From an uncultured bacterium (GTDB lineage: Bacteria > Zixibacteria > MSB-5A5 > UBA10806 > 4484-95), in the NCBI GenBank assembly GCA_965603725.1, contig CBFDEC010000007.1:44273-108272 (forward strand): a stretch of DNA of 64,000 nucleotides. The letters are read 5' to 3'. Below, one piece after another: positions 57,225 to 64,000 of this stretch (positions within the stretch are counted from its first letter, which is position 1; each line of letters starts with the position of its first letter). Made by a program: the position numbers and the translations under genes. Below the pieces are notes generated by a model. It did not search any database and was not told where the DNA came from. It worked only from the letters and a program-made list of their open reading frames with translations.

Positions 57225-58679
57225 ATGCTAACTAAACGAAAAATTGATATTTTGCTGCTTGGTGTTTTTGCGTTTCTGTTTTATTTCATCTATAGATGGT
57301 CTTATTTTCTTGGTGATGCTTGTATTTACGCCGATAACATTTTAAGAACCAGGTTTAATGATATCTCTATACATATAGGGTATTATTTCATAGGATATAT
57401 ATTTCATAAGATATTGAGTCTTTTTAATGCACCTGTCGATGTTTCGTTAATTTTAATGTCAAATATATTCGGCGCCGTTGGAGTAGTATTTGCTTACTTA
57501 TTTGTATATGAAATACTGTATGACCACAAATTGTCAATTATATGCGCAGCTATCTTATTATTTTCTGGCACTTATGTAGAATACTCTACACAGGCAGAAA
57601 TATACATTCCTCAAGTGGCTTTTATTTTAGCAAGTATGTATTTATTTTACAAGGAAAGAAATATATTATCCGGGTTATTATATGCCGCAGCCCTTCTAAT
57701 AACCCCTATTTCCGTTTTTGTCTTACCCTATTATATATTCATTGCAGTGAAACGAAGAAGTTCTATAAAAGAAATGCTGTATTTCATAATACCTTTTATG
57801 GTGATTTACCTGCCAATATTCTTATCTATATATAATGAACTTCTCTGGGGAAGAAGGGGTTTATTACGCATTAGTTCTAACCTCCCTTATAATTCTCTAA
57901 AAATGATAGTGTCAAACATAGTGTTTGTACTTATAAAATCATTTAACATCCTTGCGCCTTTTGTTTTAATAGGGCACATAATCTATTGGTTTAAAGATAA
58001 ATCAAAATTTCTGCTCCTATGCATACTTTGGTTGTCATATTCTTACGTAATAGCTAAACTTAGTAGATTTGATCTTGAAACTGCTTTTTTGCCGATATTT
58101 GTTTACTTTGCCCTATTAATTCTAAATGGGATAGTATTCATAAACATCTACCTTAAAAACAACTTGAAGATAGGAAATGCCTTTGGCATGATAATTTTGC
58201 CCTGCTACATAATTTTAAGTGTAATGATATGGATAGGACCAGCAAAGATATTTCATCCACAAATAACTCCCGACAATAATTTCAAGAATGAGATGCTTGC
58301 ATTTAAAGAGAGAATCTCGGATAATGATATACTAATAGCGAGCTTTTGGCATGGGGTAGCTTTTGCTTTTTATACCAGATATAACCCAGAAGAAGAGATT
58401 GAGACAACAATGGGGAATCAAAGATGGATTGACATAGATCAATTGAATGTGGAAAGCGTTAGGCAATTATTAAATGAATTTGCAGATGTTTATGTCATGG
58501 AGGCGTATGCGCCATCAGCCGTGGCAAAAGTCATCTTTGACGAAAAGGAACTGGAAGATAGATACTTTGAACAATCTCTTAAAGCGCAAATCGAAAACAT
58601 GGCCAGCAATATTAAATTTCATGAGTATTTTAAGAAAAACGACATAATGATCTATAGATTAGATCGCTCATATGATTAA
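57225..58679 (+). CDS. polytopic membrane protein, putative GT-C-type glycosyltransferase or polymerase (ArnT/PMT-like)
   Basis: About 11 predicted TM helices followed by a soluble domain of about 120 aa. Located in a glycosyltransferase cluster. Confidence 0.4.
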   Translation: MLTKRKIDILLLGVFAFLFYFIYRWSYFLGDACIYADNILRTRFNDISIHIGYYFIGYIFHKILSLFNAPVDVSLILMSNIFGAVGVVFAYLFVYEILYDHKLSIICAAILLFSGTYVEYSTQAEIYIPQVAFILASMYLFYKERNILSGLLYAAALLITPISVFVLPYYIFIAVKRRSSIKEMLYFIIPFMVIYLPIFLSIYNELLWGRRGLLRISSNLPYNSLKMIVSNIVFVLIKSFNILAPFVLIGHIIYWFKDKSKFLLLCILWLSYSYVIAKLSRFDLETAFLPIFVYFALLILNGIVFINIYLKNNLKIGNAFGMIILPCYIILSVMIWIGPAKIFHPQITPDNNFKNEMLAFKERISDNDILIASFWHGVAFAFYTRYNPEEEIETTMGNQRWIDIDQLNVESVRQLLNEFADVYVMEAYAPSAVAKVIFDEKELEDRYFEQSLKAQIENMASNIKFHEYFKKNDIMIYRLDRSYD

Positions 58680-58781
58680 AAATAGTTGACTTTGGACATC
58701 CCTCTTGACGGGCGATCGTCGATTATAAGACATCTATAGAGTACGCTCTTTTCCAGCATGAGCTTCTCAGACAAACTCCTA

Positions 58782-59732
58782 TTATCTTCGAAATATAAAC
58801 GTAAGTAAAGCCTTCATCACAGTAATAGACCTAACAAGATAATATAAGAAATATAAAATAATTAAATGGAAAAAATATCGATAGTTTTTATATTGATAAA
58901 CACGATATAAGACTGTCATTAGTGGCGCTAGAAGTATTAGCAAGGCAATAATAATTGGATTTAAATTGAAAAATAAGAAAAATGGCAGCATGGATATAGA
59001 AATTAATAAGCAAATCATAAATATAAATGTCATAATCATAGGCTTATCAACTTTTTTTAATGACATTGTGCTCAAAATACTCGTAGCATGCCACTTTTCC
59101 TTTTTAAAAAACTCTCTTAGAGTTTTTGCATTACCTAAATGTATTACACGGATTTGGGGCGCTTCTATCATGCAACAACCCATATTGTTTAGCCTATCAC
59201 CAAAATCACAATCTTCATCTGTTTCCAGCTCCTCTTTGAATCCAGAAAGGACCTTAAAAATATCTTTTCTTACAACAAGATTCCCAGAGTTAATGTAATT
59301 AATCTTTGATTGCTTGCGTAACCTGTTGGAATACCACGCCTTCTCGATCCATCCGGCCGAGGAGGAAATATCAACACGAGAACCAGTTGCGCTAATTTTC
59401 CCATCATTCATAATAGATACTGCGGCATTTCTCCAACCCTCGCACACTAAACAATCAGAATCGATAAAAGCTAAAATATCACCTTTTGCTATATCAGCAC
59501 CACGATTTCTCAAAGCTGCAATGGTTACTTCTGGAAATATTAATATCGTTACTTTTTTATACCGTTTAATAATTTTTAAAGTATCATCAATGGATCCGTT
59601 GTCGACTACTATTATTTCATCATTATCATCCATCTCTCTAAATATGTGATCTAAGCATTGTCCTATATGCTTCTCACCGTTGAGTACTGGGATAATAAAA
59701 CTAATTATAAAATTTTTAAGCTCATCAGTCAT
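58782..59732 (-). CDS. family 2 glycosyltransferase with C-terminal TM helices
   Basis: FIIPVLNGE, IIVVDNGSIDDT and FIDSDC (DxD) motifs. Confidence 0.7.
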   Translation of the reverse strand: MTDELKNFIISFIIPVLNGEKHIGQCLDHIFREMDDNDEIIVVDNGSIDDTLKIIKRYKKVTILIFPEVTIAALRNRGADIAKGDILAFIDSDCLVCEGWRNAAVSIMNDGKISATGSRVDISSSAGWIEKAWYSNRLRKQSKINYINSGNLVVRKDIFKVLSGFKEELETDEDCDFGDRLNNMGCCMIEAPQIRVIHLGNAKTLREFFKKEKWHATSILSTMSLKKVDKPMIMTFIFMICLLISISMLPFFLFFNLNPIIIALLILLAPLMTVLYRVYQYKNYRYFFHLIILYFLYYLVRSITVMKALLTFIFRR

Positions 59733-59735
59733 ATA

Positions 59736-60902
59736 TTAGCTCGGATCAAAAAACTTCTTCATACTATATTGTATTAGTTCCCTGTAAATTTTTAAGAAAT
59801 AGCTCTTTTGAATTTCTACAGAGAATTCACTATTAATTCTCTTAGGGGCTTCATTCTCAAGTTTCTTTTTGATATTAATATCATCCAGAACTTTTATACA
59901 AGCCTCAGCGAGGGCTGGAGAATCACCGGGATTGACTAAAATACCTGAAACATCATTCTCGATAATCTCGTTTATACCACCTACAGCAGTTGCCACAATA
60001 GCCTTTTTCAAAGCCATAGCCTCTAAAAGCGCTATCGGAATGCCCTCATGATAAGATGAAATCACGAAAATGTCGAGGCAATTTATAATGTCGATTATAT
60101 CGTCTCTAAACCCTGGAAATATAACCTCTTTATCAATGCCTAAATTTTGGGTCATGCCCTCAAGTTCTTGTTTTAAGGGACCATCCCCAACTAAAAGGAA
60201 TCTTACTTCCGGTGTTTTCTCTAGAATAATTTTCGCCATGTCTAAAAAAATATTGTATCCTTTAACAGGAACCATTCTACCAGCCGTGCCGATAATGGGT
60301 TGATTTTCCTCTATTCCCAGTTCTTCTCTTATCCTATTAGCAGTTTTTTTAATGGTTATATCAGCAGGATCTATAGCATTGTGGACCGCAACCAATTTAT
60401 TGGGATCTATTTTTCTGCTTAACTTATTCTGGATATCAAAAGAAACAGTTATAACTTTATCAAAATATTTTCTTGTGTAATAGAGGTTCAGAAAAGAGTA
60501 AAATCTCGCTTTTAACAATCTAATACCTTTTAATGGCTCATTAATCCCATGAACTGTCTGTACAAGATGTTGAACAACGCCTCTTTTTTTCAGCAAGGCG
60601 GCTAAAATATTTTCCTTATAACGATGTGAGTGCAAAATATCTATTTTTTTATTTCTTAGTACCTTTTTGATTTGGCTCAAGATCTGAAAAAAGTTATTTT
60701 TACTCTCCTCAATTACAGCTGCTTCAAGTCCTGCATCTCTGAGCTTTACGGCCAGTTTTCCTTCATTAAGTACTATAGCTGAAACATTGAGATCCGGCAA
60801 CGTTTTCAGAGACATAACCAGCGTGTACATCTGAACCTCGGCGCCAGCCCATAGATCGCCTGAAATGAGATGGCAAACGTTTATCTTTTTGTCGGTTCCC
60901 AT
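59736..60902 (-). CDS. family 4 (GT-B) glycosyltransferase
   Basis: EGIPIALLEAMALKKAIVATAVGGINEII, an E-x7-E motif region. Confidence 0.75.
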   Translation of the reverse strand: MGTDKKINVCHLISGDLWAGAEVQMYTLVMSLKTLPDLNVSAIVLNEGKLAVKLRDAGLEAAVIEESKNNFFQILSQIKKVLRNKKIDILHSHRYKENILAALLKKRGVVQHLVQTVHGINEPLKGIRLLKARFYSFLNLYYTRKYFDKVITVSFDIQNKLSRKIDPNKLVAVHNAIDPADITIKKTANRIREELGIEENQPIIGTAGRMVPVKGYNIFLDMAKIILEKTPEVRFLLVGDGPLKQELEGMTQNLGIDKEVIFPGFRDDIIDIINCLDIFVISSYHEGIPIALLEAMALKKAIVATAVGGINEIIENDVSGILVNPGDSPALAEACIKVLDDINIKKKLENEAPKRINSEFSVEIQKSYFLKIYRELIQYSMKKFFDPS

Positions 60903-62029
60903 AAAACAAAGTCTTTTCTAATAAAATAATTATGCCAGGCCACAACAATCGAATAGTTAACCATTACAAAAAATAAAGGTATTCTGAAAAAGAGTATTTT
61001 TTTTAAACTTTTAATTAAATAAGCAAAAATCGCAAACATATAGAAAACAATCTGTAAAGCCAGAGTAATCAGGAAGAAAGTATTCTGACTAACAAGAAGA
61101 AGATTAGTCCAGAAAAGAAAAACAAGGTATAGAGGAACAAGCCATCGTGATAACTTATGGCTTAACATCTGGCAGGCATACAATCCGTATTTAAAGGGAT
61201 TTAAAATTTCCTTGAATTGTGATAGTACCTCCATACCGTGTACAACCGTTCTCACTTTTCTGGAAAACTCTTTTTGTTGTTCATTTAAAACCTCGTAATA
61301 ACCGATAGCTTCTTTCTCCAGCACAGTCCGGTATCCGTTCATATGAGCAATGATTGGCATATAAAAATCACTTGATAAATTATCAATCCAATTCTGACAC
61401 AAATGCTTACGAACAGCAAAAAAGGAGCCGGAGACTCCGACCAGTGAGTTCACATCACTTTCTAAAGCCCTTAACTTCATTTCATATTTAACATAAGCTC
61501 CTTCACCCTGAATATTGGAATCAACATTTTGAATCTCATCAAGACCAGAGACACAGCCAATATTTTTATCATTAAAATTCCGTACGATTTTTTCCACAGC
61601 ATCTTCTCTAAGAAATGTGGTAGCATCGGTTAAAATAATAATTTCGCTTTTAGCCATTTCTATCCCTTTACCCTGACTGTAATGTTTTCCATTACGGGCA
61701 AGTAATGCTAAAAGTTTAACGCCCTTATCCTGGTAAGATTTTACAATGTCTATTGTTTTATCGGTGGAACCGTCGGACACTACAATGATCTCAAGTTTAT
61801 CCTTATGGTAATTAAGGGCAAGGCTATTCTCGATTTTCTCGCCGATTCTTTCCTCTTCGTTATAGACGGTAATTACAAGACTCACATCCGGAAAATATTC
61901 TTGTTTCTTTACTTCTTTGGAATAAAATAGAGATACGGTCTTTAGCGTTATTAAATATCCAAAATAGGTCCAAAAGATAAGAAAAAACGAAACCCAGAAT
62001 ATAATTTGTATTAATAATATAATACTCAA
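60881..62029 (-). CDS. family 2 glycosyltransferase, membrane-embedded (processive-type topology)
   Basis: VSLVITVYNEE, VVSDGSTDKT and DAT (DxD), with TM helices at both ends. Confidence 0.7.
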   Translation of the reverse strand: MSIILLIQIIFWVSFFLIFWTYFGYLITLKTVSLFYSKEVKKQEYFPDVSLVITVYNEEERIGEKIENSLALNYHKDKLEIIVVSDGSTDKTIDIVKSYQDKGVKLLALLARNGKHYSQGKGIEMAKSEIIILTDATTFLREDAVEKIVRNFNDKNIGCVSGLDEIQNVDSNIQGEGAYVKYEMKLRALESDVNSLVGVSGSFFAVRKHLCQNWIDNLSSDFYMPIIAHMNGYRTVLEKEAIGYYEVLNEQQKEFSRKVRTVVHGMEVLSQFKEILNPFKYGLYACQMLSHKLSRWLVPLYLVFLFWTNLLLVSQNTFFLITLALQIVFYMFAIFAYLIKSLKKILFFRIPLFFVMVNYSIVVAWHNYFIRKDFVLWEPTKR

Positions 62030-63150
62030 GAGAGAAGCTCTCTATAAAGGTTTTGATAATTGTCAATCATAGTTTTAATGGAAAAATTTTCTTCTACGGT
62101 TTTTCTTCCCATTTTGCCCATTTGTTCTCTAAGGTTTTTATTTTTCAGTAAAACTAATATTTTTTCGGCTAAGGCTGAAGGGTTTTCAGATTTAACTAAA
62201 TATCCATTCAAGCCGTCTTCAACTATTTCTGGCAGCCCACCGACATTTGTTGCAACAATTGGTCTTGAGGCAGCCATTGCCTCAATAACTGATAATGGGT
62301 GCCCCTCGGATATCGACGGCAGAACAAATACGTCAATTAAACGAAGTAGTTCTGGGACATCAGCCCGGTAGCCCAGAAGTTTGACATTTTCGTTTAAGTT
62401 CAAATCATAAATCTGTTTTTCGATATCTCCTTTCAGATTTTCTCTGTTATCCTCACCAACAAGTAAGAATTTGACGTTGGGCAAAATTTCGCAAATAAGT
62501 TTAGCTGCTCTGATTAAATATTCATGGCCTTTAGGCGGTCTGAGATTGGCTACATGCCCTACCAGTAGATCATCATCCCGAAGACCAAGTTCTTTTCTCA
62601 AGGCGGTACTATCAATATCAACTTTATCTCTGTCCAGATCGATACCATTATAAATTGTCAATAATTTGTTAGGAGGGTATTTTGCTATATTCACATAGTC
62701 TTTTTTCATAAATTCTGCCACCATCACTATTCTCGATGCAAAGTTGCGAATAAGAAAATGTTTAAACTTGCTGTAACTGCATGACCACCAGGGAAGAATC
62801 AATTCATTATGAAATGTCACCACAACCGGGATTCTTAAAATAGAACCAGCCAGGCTTGCATAAAGGTTAGCACCGGTGAAATGTGAATGAATAACATCAA
62901 TTTTTTGCTGACGGCAACTTTTTATTAACCGGTAAAGGAAGGATAAATCCCAGGACCGTTGGCTGCTGATAATCGTGATTTTAATATCATCCTGTGAAAG
63001 TTGGTCATAAAGCCAACCCTTTTTTAAAAGTATTACCGATGGATTATACTGTTCGCGATCAATATTTCGAGCGATATTAAGAAATACTTGCTCTCCTCCA
63101 CCGGGGCCACCGGTTTCAATAGCCATCAATACATTGAGTTTTTTCCTCAT
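62026..63150 (-). CDS. family 4 (GT-B) glycosyltransferase
   Basis: EGHPLSVIEAMAASRPIVATNVGGLPEIV. Confidence 0.75.
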   Translation of the reverse strand: MRKKLNVLMAIETGGPGGGEQVFLNIARNIDREQYNPSVILLKKGWLYDQLSQDDIKITIISSQRSWDLSFLYRLIKSCRQQKIDVIHSHFTGANLYASLAGSILRIPVVVTFHNELILPWWSCSYSKFKHFLIRNFASRIVMVAEFMKKDYVNIAKYPPNKLLTIYNGIDLDRDKVDIDSTALRKELGLRDDDLLVGHVANLRPPKGHEYLIRAAKLICEILPNVKFLLVGEDNRENLKGDIEKQIYDLNLNENVKLLGYRADVPELLRLIDVFVLPSISEGHPLSVIEAMAASRPIVATNVGGLPEIVEDGLNGYLVKSENPSALAEKILVLLKNKNLREQMGKMGRKTVEENFSIKTMIDNYQNLYRELLS

Positions 63151-63343
63151 CTTTATAACAAGTTCCTATCAGGCAGGAATGATACCTTTAATCGATTTTA
63201 AATTCATAAATCCTCAATTCACAATTTAAAACACTTGCAGGCATGTCCATTATAAGTAGAAAGGATTCTGTCTATTGCCGCCAAACCTAAAATTCTCGAC
63301 TCGTTTTTCAGGATTAATCAACAAAATTATATCAAATGTCTTA

Positions 63344-63925
63344 TTATTTAACCTCCATATTAGCCTGCCCGTTGTTATTAATAGTTGTTCCTCGCCATGA
63401 AGCAACTTGTTTGATATTCCTAGCTGGGTTTCCCGCGGCAAAAGTGAATGGTGGTATATCTTTAGTAACAACTGCTCCAGCTCCAATGATCGCACCTTGG
63501 CCAACAGTTACACCTTTCAGGATTATACTTCTAGCACCAATCCAAACATCATTCTCTATAACAATCGGCTTGGAAACCGCTTTTCCACCACCTGGTGTAT
63601 GAAAATCATGCTCGAGAATATTTACATCCCAGGCGATCAAAACATAATTACCAATAGTGACGGATTCCCGGCACTGAATCTGAGTTCGGTCACCAATAGA
63701 CGAATGATCACCAATTCGCAAGACTGCTTTTTTACCTTTTACCATTGAAACCGCTACAAGTTTAACATCAGGATACAAACATGATCTGTTGCCAATGCTA
63801 ATTATCCCGTTTTTCTTCCTTATTATGGTTCTGCCATATGATTTAATGGAACCAGAGGTTTCTAACTTTGATTTGAGAAATGCACCTCTGATATAAGCGA
63901 ATATTATTTTTATGATTTCTCTCAC
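63344..63925 (-). CDS. hexapeptide-repeat (LbH) acetyltransferase, a sugar O-acetyltransferase/WbbJ-like
   Basis: Tandem hexapeptide repeats (IGARSIILKGVTVGQGAIIGAGAVV). Confidence 0.75.
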   Translation of the reverse strand: MREIIKIIFAYIRGAFLKSKLETSGSIKSYGRTIIRKKNGIISIGNRSCLYPDVKLVAVSMVKGKKAVLRIGDHSSIGDRTQIQCRESVTIGNYVLIAWDVNILEHDFHTPGGGKAVSKPIVIENDVWIGARSIILKGVTVGQGAIIGAGAVVTKDIPPFTFAAGNPARNIKQVASWRGTTINNNGQANMEVK

Positions 63926-64000
63926 AAGTATGATTCCAATATTTTTAATATATTTTTACACTACTGTCCGGCCTTTAGGTTAAGTGTGATTTGATTAGTT

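Overview
This 64-kb window is from an anaerobic bacterium, probably an uncultured member of the FCB group: several T9SS C-terminal sorting domains are present, and GC content is mosaic. It has three parts. (a) About 0-28 kb is a dense plus-strand metabolic block. It contains a BadF/HgdC-type activase fragment, a ferredoxin, an 841-aa FeS flavoprotein, a Zn-ADH, and an hbd-crt-[foreign insert]-bcd butyryl-CoA module. It then carries three sets of 2-oxoacid:ferredoxin oxidoreductase genes (G-GltD-like-A-B; D-A-B-G1; G2-A-B), a LeuA-like/leuC/leuD/leuB cluster and a thiolase. (b) About 28-41 kb is a mosaic, probably horizontally acquired stretch. It holds a high-GC ECF sigma/anti-sigma pair, then a 3.2-kb AT-rich islet bounded by 18-bp direct repeats, one of which lies in a tRNA 3'-end fragment. 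The islet encodes a standalone SF2 helicase fused to a PD-(D/E)xK nuclease (Type III Res-like or Hna-like) and an excisionase-type HTH. After it come an S33 hydrolase, an outer-membrane beta-barrel protein, two micro-ORFs and a SWIM zinc-finger protein. (c) About 41-64 kb is a glycoconjugate/polysaccharide locus. It contains ACP, an adenylating enzyme, a WbpG-like amidotransferase, AsnB and an ACAD, followed by T9SS-secreted proteins, a wecB pseudogene, and GT2/GT4 glycosyltransferases with an acetyltransferase. The most notable items are four. One is the helicase-nuclease islet, a candidate single-gene defence module on a degraded integrative element. The second is an AT-rich orphan DUF1156/COG1743 Zn-ribbon DNA methylase inserted between crt and bcd. 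The third is a family of caggtc/gacctg hairpin repeats, with an ORF6N-fragment insertion that duplicates the porG2 start. The fourth is a 4Fe-4S delta-subunit gene with no ATG/GTG/TTG start that the ORF track missed. No CRISPR array, rRNA or complete tRNA was found.
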